Positions 50,716-63,806 of a stretch of DNA of 64,000 nucleotides are shown here, piece after piece. The position numbers and the translations under genes are program-made. Source of the DNA: Takakia lepidozioides (Eukaryota > Plantae > Bryophyta); NCBI GenBank assembly GCA_030704615.1, contig CM060732.1:66154001-66218000 (forward strand), given 5' to 3'. A model generated the notes under the pieces. It did not search any database, had not been told where the DNA came from, and was given only the letters and a program-made list of their open reading frames with translations. The number at the start of each line of letters is the position of its first letter. The first letter of the stretch is position 1.

Positions 50716-51997
50716 TTCACGCGGCCTGCTAACTTAAACGCATCCTCTTCTGAAATTTGGTTGTTGTACACCTAAATTTCCAGAGACTCGGAGCCACCCT
50801 GGATTCAAGATAAACGACAAATTTCAAAGCGAGACCAATTACAAGAAACGAGCATAAGACACAGGTATGTCCTCGGAATTTACAGACAAGTGATTCTTTC
50901 AGTCCGGGGTTCACCCGATAACAACAAGATCGTGCTCAGAATTACACAGCATTCACGAATGCAGCCATGTTGAGAATGCACACTTCCGGACCAATGCACA
51001 CTTTGACAAAAACGAGCCTCGCGACCGACTACTCACACGCTGAGTGGCCTAGAGAATGATCCTCTAATTCAAGAGCATAAGCTCGGACATCCACACGCTG
51101 CGCAACGAAGTCATGCAATGCAAGAGGTGATTTTACTCAGGACGCTAGACACGTTGATGATCCATTCAGCCGGGCTTTAATCTTTCTATTAGTAGAACGA
51201 GGGACCAAGCAATATTTCCTTTCCTCTCGTTCTCGGTTCTGGACGTACGGAAAAGCTCAGACTCAGCCAACTGTAAAAGAGTTCGCTTTACTCCGGAGTG
51301 CAGCTTCGAAACAGATAGATTGTGGATAAATCAGACTCGGAGAAACCAATTCAGCATTACGCCATACGAAAAGGCACAGATTCTAGAGTAAGACACAGCA
51401 CGCTCGAAAAACGACAAAGGGGATGCGTCCAGACTCGCTCGACAGGAAAGCTGCCATATCTTCTTCCTGTTAACTCCAGTTTCTTGGCAAGATCCTAGAA
51501 TTGAGGTCTAGAGTTCGACTTTCTTTCTGGTAAACTTGGTTAACCTTGTCCAGCCATCGTTGGATCACTCAAATCGATGTGTTCTTCAGACTTTAAGTGA
51601 AAGTTATTCATCGTCTTCGTCTTCGTGTTGGGTGCGGTTTCTTGGAGAAGCGTTTGCTGCACGCACACTAAGTGCGGCCCTCTGTCTGTGGGGAGAGTGT
51701 GCAGTGCGAGCTTTTCGGCTGGCAGGAAAGCGGGTGAGCATTACTTATCGACGTGGCGGATAGACGAGCAGAGGAGACTGGTGACGAGTGACGACGACCA
51801 GATCAACCAGTGGTGTGGGCCCGGCGACGCGGTCGGCCTTTGCCGACGAGGCCGCTACCAGAATCACGCTACACGAAGAAGAGACTTGAAGAGCATTACC
51901 CGTTAATTTCTGTTTTTTACGCGACGTTAGAAATCTTCGGTAGTGTTTCTCGTGTTCTTGCAGATCTTTGGAAGCTGAGATATTTGAGGAAAAGGCG

Positions 51998-54297
51998 ATG
52001 GCGCTTGCCCGTGCTGTTTTCCGTAGTGGCTCTTGTTGCTCCCTAGTGCGTCTTCAGGAGTCTCGCCACTTTTCCCCTTGGAGAGTTTCTTATTCTCGGC
52101 ACTACTTTTCTGACACTTCCTTGCGTTTGGTGAGAAATTCGGCACTGTCTGCTAGGAGGCCGCCCTCTCCTACCGAATATCAGACTCAAAGATCGGATGG
52201 GAGATTTTTACGAACGCTTAAACAAGACATGCAATGTTGCGGTCAGCGGGAGAGTGCGATGGCGGTGAAGAGGAGGGTATGGCGGTATGCAAAGACAGCA
52301 TCTTGGATGGGGGAGGGAGTCAGGTGTATCTCTTTGTCCTCCACCCGAAGCAAAGACTTTGCCATCAATGTACCTGTACTTTTGGATGATTCGGCTGTTG
52401 TGGACCCTCAACTGCAGGTCGTTTCTTTCACCCAGAGCAGACTAGTGACACATTGCTTTGGCCGTTGGCCGTCGGTGGGTACTGTCAGGGGTGGCAGTAG
52501 GGGTGATTTTGTTTGGTAGAGAGAATTCAAGAGTGGCTGCAAGGAGATTGTATACTCTAACAAGATTTGAATTACGCCAAATCTAAGTGTTTGGTTATCA
52601 CAATTCGTAAGGACATGATTTCTGGTGATTGGCTGGGTCTTAGGCGTAGTTTATGTTGTGTGTGTGAGAGAGAGAGAGGGCGAGAGAGAGTCCGTGTATG
52701 TCGTGAAGGCCTACATGATCATCTGGGCAATAGACCAACTTTCCTTGAGTCCGTTGTGAGGTTATAATTTACTGGTATATTTTTTTTCACCATGTCTCGA
52801 CCTGTATTTAACATTATCCATTTACAAGGGATGGAGTTTTGGTCCAAGGGTTGCATTACCCTTTCCTCGTGCAAGCATAATGTTTAGACTCCATCTCTGC
52901 GAATGTGTAGTTACCATACCTTCACACAAGCTTGTGACATGTGGCTGTGACTGATCCTTGTGCTGTTGGACCAAACGAACATAACATCTATGGGAGAATA
53001 AGAAGAATGTATATGAAAAGACAGAACTAAAACCACAAAGATAGAGTAATGTTTCGGGACAGAGACAGAGACTCATTGTTGGGTGGTGTGGTGAAACAGG
53101 AGGCAGTAGAGCAGCTGGATGTGGATGGTCGACTTGCGGTAAAGCTCGCTATTGAGGGAAACGTCAACTTGGTCCGATATGAGACTGTGGAACTTTCGGT
53201 GATGTTGTGCAGTGATGCCAGCATTCAAGAGCTTAATAAGCAGTGGCGGGGGAAGGATGCTCCCACTGATGTGCTCTCGTTCCCTCAAGATCAGCCCCCA
53301 GGCCTGACACCCACGGTAATATTCTTTGTTGAAGCAAGGGTTCGTTGTCTCACTTGGGAGTCTTATGCAGGAATCGTTTCTGCTTTTGTCAAAAGGTTAA
53401 CCTTGTGCATGACATTGTGCATATTCAGTGGTTTATTCAAGTGAGTAACACAGTTACGATACCATGTAGCTGGTATACTGTCTGAGCCAGATGGTCTGAT
53501 GCAGCTGCTCAAATCTTATTTCGTAAAGTCATTGGCAACACTATGGCATCAGTCTCAAAATAACCTGTGGCAATATTCTGTGATTGATATCAGACCTGCA
53601 GTTCAACTGAGTTTACCATGCTAAGTGTCTAAGTCAACCCTCATGCTCAACGTAAACAACCTTAGCTTATTCTTTAGCATTGAGCTTATCCTTTAATATT
53701 GAGGTCACCTAAACTACCTTGAGTTATCATTCTTCATTACAGCTATAGTTTTGTGTGGTTTTTATTTTCAGGCCTATGAACATGTCTGACTTTGTCAAGT
53801 CATTTGTCTATGTAATGAATGATAGCAGCTTTTATTGGGCGATGTTGTGATATCTGTGGATACTGCGGCCCAGCAAGCTAAAGAATGGGGTCACACTCTG
53901 GTTGATGAACTGCGCATTCTCCTGGTGACCACTTCACTTTGCCGTGCATCTTTTGTCCTTAACCATGGTGGATCAGTTCTCAGAGGTGGTGAACATATCC
54001 GTGTTTGCACATCATTATGAAGCTAGGAGAGTAGACCACTTTATTCACTGCAGGGTGCATGAGGAGGAAGTCCCTTTGACTGTGACAGACCAATCTTTTT
54101 TACTAAAACATCCCTGGTTTGCTTTCCCTCAGGTGCATGGGTTACTTCATGTCCTGGGTTATGATCACGAACTAGGTCCCGAGGCTTCCAAGAAGATGGA
54201 AGAGGAGGAAACCCGTATTCTAGGTAGACTTGGGTGGAAGGGAAAGGGCCTAGTTTCTGCATCCCTGGAAGAAGGCGTCTCATCTGAGGGTGACTAG
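51998..54297 (+). CDS. YBEY: Organellar (chloroplast-type) endoribonuclease YbeY. Exons 51998-52417, 53100-53315, 53829-53924, 54133-54297 (TAG), or an alternative donor near 54290 into the HAD exons
   Basis: Ser/Arg-rich transit peptide; [73 protein letters not shown] (H3xH5xH), LGWKGKGL. Introns are phase-0 GT-AG. Confidence 0.88.
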
Positions 54298-54785
54298 GCA
54301 TCAGTGGGGTATTGCTCCAACACCATAAGATGGTAAGACTTGACTTTGTCAGAAGAATACCACCATAGCATGAGGTGTTTGGTAACCATGTAGAAAAATT
54401 GCTGGGATGTATGTTTTTCTTTATTGTGTTGATTGAATATAATTATGTTACTTAGCTTAGTGGTCAATTTCTTTCATGGTTGTGCAGCCCTTAAAGAAAA
54501 TCCATCTGCATATCTGGGTTTCTCTCTGCCACATTCCAAGACTGCGGAGACTCTGTCATGCTTGCTGAGCGGGCTTCCGGCAACCAGGATAGCTGCCATG
54601 GGATGCTGTTTACCCTGAAAGGGTCTGGCAGATTGAAGCTATGTTTGTCTTAGGTTAGAGTGGCTTCCACTACAACTATAGTTATGATGGTGAAACGGAG
54701 TCCTTACTGTCAATGATGGGGAACTTTGCATACCCATAGTTAAAGACCATGCTGGCCGTCAAGGACAAATGTAGTGGGAATGCAG

Positions 54786-55413
54786 ATTTTGGTGCTGGCG
54801 GTGCTGCATCGCAACAGAAACCTGCATTTAAGATTCGCTTTTATGACATGGATGGTACACACTTCAAATGCAACCTTCGACTGTACTTGAAATATGGCCA
54901 ACATGGCTTCTGCTTGTTTGTGTTGGTAGTTTATTCAGTTTACATTAACACTAAACAATCTTCGAGACTGAGTCCCTTATGAAGGTAGCTGCTAAGCACT
55001 TCAGGCCCTTTGAGGGAACTCCTCCACCAAAGGACGAGGAAGAAGAGGCTACTTTTCCTGATCTCGTAGTAGGTACTGCACAAGAAAAAGAATTTGTCTC
55101 TTCACTTCTTTGGTTGCTCCTCTTTCAATCACTAGTGTGTGAGAACCATGATCAGAGAAGTAGGAAGGGGCTCCCCTTGGAGAGAGAGATTGATCCGAGG
55201 CTTTCAAGGGCGCTACCGGTTCCATGCATTTTCTGAATGATCTACTTTGTTTTTGTTTCTCAGGGGAACAATCCCTGCTGGCTCTTATCTGTACTTTCCT
55301 TTGCCTCTTGTGTTGGTTACAGGAATAGCAAGAGCAAAGTCACACAGGGGACAGCAGATACCCTTAAAGCTGGGATTGCACATGGAGTCCAGGTCATTAT
55401 TGCCACTGGCAAA
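54786..55413 (+). pseudogene. Cof-like HAD hydrolase exons of the YbeY-HAD fusion, apparently disrupted or truncated (54786-54854, 55323-55413)
   Basis: KPAFKIRFYDMDG| and NSKSKVTQGTADTLKAGIAHGVQVIIATGK|. The TLL of DMDGTLL is missing, the junction is out of phase, and no further HAD exons were recognised in the window. Confidence 0.6.
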
Positions 55414-56298
55414 GTGAGCGCTCTATCCACTCTCATATCATGAGAGAGAGGGAGTGTCATATCAACCATACTCAATGTTTTCCGACTGCATTAATATCCA
55501 GTTCCAACCTATCATTGGGTGCATTGGGAGCAAAATCTAACTAAATATATTGTATAGTGGTAATTTGGCTACACTACAGTGATGCTTCAGATGATGGGAT
55601 CTTGAGATCTTAGGATTAAGCTTATCTTAACTCCTTATGGTGCATATTCTATTGTCCCTGTCTCTGTGTGGGTCTGTTTCTTTTCTGCCTTTGCCCATGT
55701 AGGCACCAGAATTCGAATAATGGTTGGCATTTAGACAAGGTTTTCCTTTTAATGAATTTTTTTCTCCATTGTTCAAGCTCTGGTATGCATTGTCTATAGT
55801 CCAGGCAAGCAAGGCACAAGCCAGCAATGTTAAGCCAATGCAATGGGTGCAGGGTTTGCAAGTGTAGGGACAAGGGGGCTAGGTCATTTACAGGACTCTT
55901 CTTGATTCTGATGTCGTCTAAGTAATATTTTTTCTTCTCCCTTGCTTATTTTCTTGGATAACACATCATTGTCTTGGGTCAGTTGAATGCCCATGGCTTC
56001 CCAAAGTCCAATCTTGTGGGATATTCTTGGGGCTGGTCTGCTTATCCATCCTTTTCAACATTGCCTCTGAACTAGGTGTGGTTTGAAATTGTGCACATTT
56101 AGAATTTCTAAAGATTGGCTATTCACAAAACTGGACGAGTGCGAGAGTTACTGTGTGGAGATTAACAACTGTGTTCTTGCATGTGTTTCTCTTTTCAGTG
56201 GAGCAACAAACACCACTGGTGGGATTCAGTGGTGATCACCGTGTGACTCTTGTCCCACACCCCACACTTGACAAGCTTCATGATGGGTAGTCCTCCCT

Positions 56299-57430
56299 TC
56301 CTACACTTACCTGGGCGTTGAGTTTTCCTCCAATTGTAATTGGGATGCACATATCCGGAAAGTTGTTCAAACTGGCAAGGGCAAAGCTCTGGGGCTCACT
56401 AAATTTTTCCACTGCAGAGGGGTCAACTCTGAGGTTAAGAAAACCATGCTTTGTCGCGTTATTAGACCTGCCTTGGAGTACGGATCTGCAATATGGGTTG
56501 ATAACTCCAACCAGGCTAAGTCTCTAGAATCCATTCAAGTGGGGGTGCTTAAGGAGTGTATGTCAGCATGCTCCAAAACAGCCAATGTGGCTGTTCGGGG
56601 TGACTTTGGCATTCCGTCCTTAAGCTCCCGACAAGATGAATTCAAGGTCAGATGGTGGGGTCAGCTGCAACATATGCCCAACACCAGATATCCTAAGCTA
56701 ATCGACTCTATATCTTGGAAACAGGACCGCCCTGTCAAACAGGCTCAAGTCCTGGCAGAAGAGAGTAGAAGAGATTCTCAAGGACCTGGACCTGGATCCG
56801 CAAGTCTTGACCCTGCTGGATAAATCTGACTTAGAGGCTGTAGTGTCCAAAGCCATGTCTGTTGCCATGAGATTGTCTGATGAAAATGAAGTTAGGCAGA
56901 AAACTTCCCTGAACTTGTTTCCAGTCAGTGACATGGGGGAGGACATCTTGGATGACCTCAAGGGTCTACCCACTCTCGGCACTAGACTGGAATTTAAACT
57001 CAGAACAGCAAACAGAAGCAGAGAGGAAAGGGAGAGTGCAATTGCCCATTGTGTGGGCAATCTGAAGACAGTATTCATTTTTTGATACACTGTCCGGGGT
57101 TCTCTCACCAAAGAGACGCTCTCTTCAAATCTATCAAGGGAATTGTGCCTGTACCCCTGTTTACCAACTTTGAAAGTCTCGAGGCTGAGCCAAAAGCCCA
57201 GGCCCTCCTGAGGCCTAGTTTTTGGGCAAATCACACACAGCAGATTGATGCTTGTGTGAAGGGATTTCTAGAGGATATCTGGAAAATTTGGATTAATTCT
57301 ATATATGAAGGTAAGTCTTACTACCAACGTCAGCCCCTGACAGAGGTAGGTTCTGTCCCTTTTGTTCCCGCTCAAACTGGGCGCGGGGTCAATGGCCACA
57401 AGGCTACGGCAAACAACGTGTTATGAGTAC
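56299..57430 (+). mobile_element. 5'-truncated non-LTR retrotransposon (RTE/RTEX-like LINE): end of RT, thumb, CCHC knuckle and 3' end
   Basis: YTYLGVEF..NCNWDAHI...IRPALEYGSAIW...LESIQ...VRGDFGIPSL...RWWGQL..MP..RYPK; TRLEFKLRT; C..C...EDSIHFLIHCP. Frameshifted. The ORF ends almost at the element terminus (ttatgagtac). Confidence 0.9.
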
Positions 57431-57549
57431 AATCTTTACTTTTGTCTGTAGCTTGGTAGGGTTATCTCCTTACCAAGAACCTTGTTTGCCACTAGTCGAT
57501 TCAGCTGTTTATAGTATGGGTTTCCTCTCATCTGTTGGAATTAGTCTAC

Positions 57550-58260
57550 TGATGTTGATCACACATCAGGGCTTGTAGTATGGTGTTAGGAATAAGATCT
57601 GGGCCTGGGGCTTTAGATTGGGAGAGGGCTTTGAGACATGAGTCGTATATATCTTCTATAAAGAAGTCACAAATGCGATCTGATGCGGAGCCTCGTTTGT
57701 CCAAGGAGAAGCCATGTATGTCATGCCATGGATAGTGCTTAATCTGGCATGTGCAGTGAGGTGCGTGTATACAGGGGTGTAGGCAATTCATGGTGTTGGG
57801 TGTGTAAGAGGCAGACGCATGGGTTCATATTTCTTGCTTGATGTCCTCAGGGTTGGTGAATAGGTGTCCTTGCCGGTCCTTACGGCAGTCTTAGGGTGGG
57901 TTGAGAGTGGGGTTCAAGATGGCTTTGTGGGCATTTTTGGGATGGTCATGTAGTAGTTGACAGAAGGAGACAATTGTTTTGTGATTGTCTAAAACTTTTT
58001 GTTTGGCTGTAATGTAGCCCGTTTTTTTGGCATCTCTACCTAATTTGGAAATGGCAACAATTGAGTCTGGGAGGGTGGAGGGGTCAGTGGGAGGTCGTAA
58101 GAGGGGTTGACATTCAGTGAGGGTGCTTAGGCAGGTGATGCAGGGATCTAGTCTGCAGTCGTTGTCTTGTCAGGTAGGGGTGGTGGGATTTGGTATTGCT
58201 GGGATAGCACGCCGGATGGTGTGATAAATGCCATTCTTTCCAGGATTTACTCGGACCTGA
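57550..58260 (-). mobile_element. Degenerate internal fragment of a second non-LTR retrotransposon (pre-RT region)
   Basis: CLKALSQSKAPGPDLIPNTILQAL (KAPGPD pre-RT motif), preceded by GHLFTNPEDIKQEI. Stops and frameshifts. Confidence 0.7.
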
Positions 58261-59090
58261 TGACTGAGGGAGAAAGGCTTGGGCTTTGTTGTTGGCAGCT
58301 GTGTGCAGATGCTCTAGGCAAGGAGGACGGAATTATTTTCGCCCACTCTTACAGAGCCACATCCTCTGCACCATCATCTCAGATTCTCGTGGCATTTGGC
58401 ACGATCGTCTCCCGCAGAATGGGAGCCCATTACTGGATGGTAATGATCAGGAGGTCAACTGGCACCATATGAAGGAGCGCGTAGACACAGTCAACACTCA
58501 CTTACAATTCTAGTCTTAGACTTGCATTCGGGCCGATTCGTGACTCCCCTCTGCCCTTCTTTTTGCTCTTGTTGTGGGGCCTCTCCTTCGAAGGATCTCC
58601 TTTGGTAATCAACAAGAACTGTGTCTGTTCAATACGCCACAATGACTTACTACAGTTCTTCCTAGTTCTGTTAAATGTTCCGGTACTACTTTCAATAACA
58701 AAACAAGTATGAGAGTCTAGGAAATCGCTGGCTGCCCTCTTGAATCCCTCTTTCGAGAATGCTACGTCTTCATTTCTTCTCACAGTGTCATATCTTGTTG
58801 GGCTTCCACAACCACTGAGTACTCAGTTGTTGAACCCTCCATGTAGACATTGAGGAACGCCTGCAGCATTTTTCTTTTCAAACTACACATACATAAAATG
58901 TACAAGCGTATACACTTGGGTGTTCGCATTACAAGTCGATGTTGAGCTAACAGAGAATTTGCTGCTATGTGTAAGAAGGTACAGTTCAATAGCAAATATG
59001 CCATCTAAACTCAGTCGGGAGTATGGGCAGATGTACTGGTGCATGATAAGTACAAAGCCCACTAGTATATTCAACTATAAGTCTTCACGT

Positions 59091-59151
59091 CCTTAGTCCT
59101 TACCCTAAAAGGGACGACCTTAGTCCTTACCCTAAAAGGGACGATCGTCCC
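59091..59151. repeat. 27-bp perfect tandem duplication ending in a 14-bp palindrome
   Basis: CCTTAGTCCTTACCCTAAAAGGGACGA twice (59091-59117, 59118-59144); GGGACGATCGTCCC at 59138-59151. Confidence 0.85.
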
Positions 59152-59866
59152 AAGTAGTGAAGGAAAGCGAGAGTGATCTCTTAAAGCATCCCCACTCTAT
59201 GCCACTTCATACCCGTACTTCTTGTATACAGGTTCAAACCACACCCTTGCCCCCTACTGTATACGCCATTAGAGCATCTCCACTGGGGTACACCAAACAA
59301 CAATGCAACGGTAACCTCCAGGCCCATACTTTCCTAGGCTAGAAATGTCCTTTTTCATCCAAAACGGCAATACACATCCATCGTATTTTTTTTGGCGTAA
59401 AGTGCCGTTAAACCGTTACAATGATATCTAGGTTACGGTTAGTTTTGGTTGGTGGCCACATCTTGGCCCTTCATCAGATCTAGGGTGATAAAACAGCGCT
59501 GCGGGTTTTGGCTTGTGATGCGGCGTGCAATTGAAGCTAGGGCTTTTTGTATAAAGACAACGCCCTGACACCGGTCAGGGGCGGTGTACTCGGGTGTTAG
59601 AGTATTGTGAAATTGGTGTACAAGCTTTGGATGAGAGCTCATTTGTGTCATATCCTTGTGTTTGATCCTCCTCTCGCGCATCGCCTACTCTTTCCGCTTG
59701 CCCCTTTGTTGTGAAAACTTGTTTCTTGAGAGGAAAGGAGCATATGCTTCAGACTCGTTTTGTGGTGGAGAGAAGCCGAGTAGCTTCTAGGTGTTTTAGC
59801 ATCCACTGCCCGCTCTGACAACATTGTGAGGTTGTTGAGGGATCTGCGCACCAATCTTTTTCGTAG

Positions 59867-61870
59867 TTGCTCTCTAATCAGTCTTGTCTGATGGCGGCCA
59901 GCCACCTTGCAATGTGTTCTCCTACTATTGTGGTTTTGTTTTCTCACCTGCTCATTGTGCTGTGTTGCAGGACGATGGCCTCAGTGCATAGTACTAGCTG
60001 TGTAGCACGTAGAGAGGGAGAGAGTCTGTCGGTGCAAGTTGATTTGGTGTTTGAGATTGGGACTGGCCCTGCCTTGACAGTGTCAACTAATCCTGCTACC
60101 ACTAACCCTTCTCATCGTGCGTTGCTTGGCATTGTTGCCTCGCCAGTGTCACCCCTGCCTGAACCCAGAACTGATGGTCCTAGTTTTGTTGTGCATTTGA
60201 ATTCATCTAGCCCTAGATATGATGCTGATGTGAATGAGGCCAAGGCCTTGTCACCGAGAGATGAGAGGTCGCCCAACTCTCTATATAGTTGCGATCCAGA
60301 GTACTATAACTTTGATCATTTTTACAATCCAGGCCCTGATTATGATTGCCCGAAAGAACGAGAGAGGGATGTTGACTGCTCTCACGAATATGATGAGTCT
60401 CTAGGAGAGTTGCTTCCGGAAGATCTGAACTGGCTTGAGAAGTTTGAAGTATCTGTTCGAGAGGACGCTCGTCGTTTGAACAGTCATCAAGAAGCAATCT
60501 TTGTCCGACCTGGGGCAAGCTCTGATTTTGGGAGAGAGAGTGGGCTGTGCCAGACCCGAGCTATCGTGGCTGTCAAGAATTCCCTGCGCTTGTGGTCAGA
60601 GATATTCAAGGCTCGCCTTCTTCATCATCGGCAAGTGGCCTAGGAAACGCTGGGCCTACATCTATCTTTGTCTGTCCATCGTGAGTCGGGCCTGTGGCAG
60701 ACGACCGAACAGGTAAAAGGCTCTTGGTTGTCACTGTTGCTTGAAGGCTCTGGAGCCTTATTGTTACGAGCTCTTCGATTTCACTCCAGGGTCTGCCGTT
60801 GCAAACCCACGACAATTGATCTGGTGGATGGTCTCGTGGGAAATAATTTGAGTGTACAATCGTCGGACATAGTGATTTTGTCAGGCACCTACATTGAAGA
60901 GCAACGTGTACTTTGCCCTCGCGTTGCAGATCACTTGGAGAGCTTTCCCAATTCTTCAGTACTGTCCAAGACGTAGGAGGAGAACGACACAACGCGGGTG
61001 GGCTTTTGGATTAAGACCGAAAGGGTGTGGGAGTGGCTGGCGTTGGCGGTTTATGGTTCCAGCTCTCACGACTTGCTCAAGCTTCTTTCTTGCTCTGTCT
61101 GGACTCCCGAGACTCCACGGGTACCGAGCCCAAGGCCGTGGCTGATCATCCCGGCGGCTTAGAGGTTCTTTCTTTTCCACGTTTGTCTTTATCTTTGCAC
61201 GCCAAACAAATCTGCAAGTTGGTTGCGATCTGGTAGGCAGAAATTCATGGCTGGTTGAAGAGAACCACTTGGACCACCTAGTAGAGGCATGCCTGATGTG
61301 AGTGAGGAATCGGACAACCTCCAAGCAGGTAATGCCTTGATTGATGACGTTTCCTTGGACACTGGTATTTTTGAAGAAAATAATTTAGGACTGCCGAGTG
61401 ATGGTGGTATCTTGAGAATAGGGGATGAGAGCTCTGTTGTTTTGCCCATGGAATCGGGGGTGGCAAACCCCGCGAATTTTCCTATTCAGACTTGTGAAGC
61501 CATGGTGGCTCAAGGTAGTGGGCCCATGGTGTGATCTGGTCATGAATATGGTAGGATCGGGTTGGTCTCGGACACTCGGGCTATTGCGAGCAATATGTCG
61601 GCCCAGGTTACTAACTTGAGTCCTAGTGTACTGCCTGTTGTGAATTTCCCTAGTCCCACTCTTGGGGGAGGGAGTTTGTTGCCTTCAAATTCGGGTTTGC
61701 ATGTGTGCAGTGTTCCTGTGTTGAATGTTCATGGCTCTGTTCAAGGTAGGGGAATCATGATGCAAGGGCCCTCTAGTGTATCTGCTGTTCTGACTCTGCC
61801 ATCACGGGTCAATTGGTGGGGGCTCTCCCTGTTCAACAGGCTGGGGTGCCACCACACCTTGTTTCTAGCC
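59867..61870 (+). other. Unidentified broken long ORF region, probably transposon-derived (gag/ORF1-like)
   Basis: A 258-aa ORF followed by same-strand ORF fragments with protein-like composition and an internal repeat (RESGLCQT / RESGLWQT). No recognised domain. Confidence 0.3.
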
Positions 61871-63409
61871 AGACAGTAGGGGGTAAGGTTGAGTAGTCAG
61901 CTGAGGGATCAAATGACAAAACAAGCTATGGTTGATGTGACCAGGGAGGACAGACCCATGAGCAGGGCAACATGAAACCATGGGAGGAGCACCACCATGC
62001 ACATATCCAATAGTAGATGCAGAATTATGACTCAAATTATTATTACTGGCTGAGGCTACGGCAATGGAAGTTGGCAGATTGGCATGTGATGCTACCGTGC
62101 CCATGGGGAGAGCAGGTGACACCATATTTGGCTGAGCAACAGGGTGGGCTGACTGCAAGTGGGGTTGCGGCATTCCACTCATGGGAAGAGTGGATGCCAC
62201 TCCCACCGGCTGTATTGACATTAATCCTATACTGCTTGCTAGCAGGAACATTGCCATACCATGGGAGAAGGCTTTGATAGATTTCTTTAGATGTTTGAGG
62301 TCATTGCTAGTGTAAATGGAGTGCTTGAGAATTTCAAGATGGCTATCTTTAGGATGAAGGGACTAAATTGTTGTATGCAGCTGTCATGGATGATCCCAGC
62401 CTCAACTCTTGTGGATTGGGCAAAGACATTGTTCGAACCTCCTGAGAGGCCTCTAGACTGCTTTACCAAGCTATCTGCCAAGACTTACCAACCTGGGGAT
62501 CATCCTTGTGGAAATATTACATGGATCTCAAATTTGCTGATGTTGAGAATATCATATACCCAGCAGAGAGAGATCGTATGGTTAAGAGGTATTTTCTCCT
62601 TGGGCTACCTTCTACTATTCAGAGTTGGGCTCAGCGAACCCTATTTTAACTAATTCTGGACTTTTGGCTTAAATCCGGACCAAAGTTAATATATATTTTA
62701 ATTCAAATTAATTCAAATGTTAACAATATCTTGGATAGTAATGTGTGATTGAACTTTGTGAAATTACAAGTGATGTCATACTTGCTTCAAAATATAACAC
62801 ATTGTAGATGAATAGAACTGAACGAATGCTTGCTATGGCATATAGACCATCCACCCACACATTAGTAGGGAGGACAAGAGAGCGCCAAAGCCAAGCACCC
62901 CTGAAAACAGTTTTGGGCCTTCCAAAATTCCTTCAATCAACCCTTTTGCTGCCACTTAAGATATGTAAAAACAGAAAAACCCAGATTGCCTTTAAACCAA
63001 CTTTTGCTAAAAGTTACAATGGATACAAGAACTCACCCCAAATTTTGGACCAAGGAGGGTTAACCGTGAAGACTCATAATGATACGAGCAAAGAGAGAAG
63101 TGTGGTAACACTTTATTTGGGACTTGCGGCGAGGGCATCCCTCCTACGCAAGGACGCTTACGACACTGACTGGACCGCAATTGGAAAATGGTCACCTCGC
63201 CTCATGGATCATTTACTATGTTGTTCCATTTGCTACTTTCTTGTTTGAAAGTACCTATCGCTTAGTTGCACTTTCGACTTTCCTAAAGGACCCTTGGGAT
63301 ACTCCTGGAGTACCACTTATTGACATAGAGGCTTGTGCACCTGAGAAAGGAAATCATCAAAACAAGGACAAAAGAGTACTTCGCTTGCTGTAAAATTCTG
63401 GCCATTGAG

Positions 63410-63806
63410 AAACATCCAATTTTGAGAGGGAGAGAATGAGTACCACAGACTGGAAACAAGTTCAGGGAAGTTTTCTGCCTAACTTCATTGTCATCAGACA
63501 ATTTCCTGGCAATAGACATGCTTTGGACACTATAGCCTCTAAGTCATATTTATCCAGTAGGGTCAAGACTTTGTGGAATTCGATTCAGATCCTTGAAAAT
63601 CTCTTCTACCCTCTTCCGCTAGGATTTGCCTGTTTGACAGGGCGATCCTGCTTCCAAGATATAGAGTCGATTAACTTAGGATATCTGATATTACTCATAC
63701 GTTGCAGCTGACCCCACCATCAAACCTTGAATTCATCTTGTCGGGAGCTTAAGGGAGGAATGCCAAACCCACCCCAAACAGCCACATTAGCTGTTTTGGA
63801 GATAAG
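63410..63806 (-). mobile_element. Internal fragment of the same RTEX-like LINE family, in inverted orientation
   Basis: The reverse complement matches ~56575-56930 (ctccaaaacagc.aatgtggctgtt.ggggtg..tttggcattcc.., RKLSDDNEVRQKTSLNLFPV). Confidence 0.88.

Noticed and set aside
56301-56314. U1 snRNA-like 5' end (acttacctgg)
   Set aside because: It encodes the YTYLG motif of the LINE reverse transcriptase, and no U1 body follows.
59269-59290. Tourist-like TIR (TTA GAGCATCTCCA)
   Set aside because: No matching second TIR was found by eye, so element boundaries cannot be supported.
62287-63393. Protein-like ORF fragments near the right end
   Set aside because: Possibly transposon or gene debris, but no motif could be identified with confidence.
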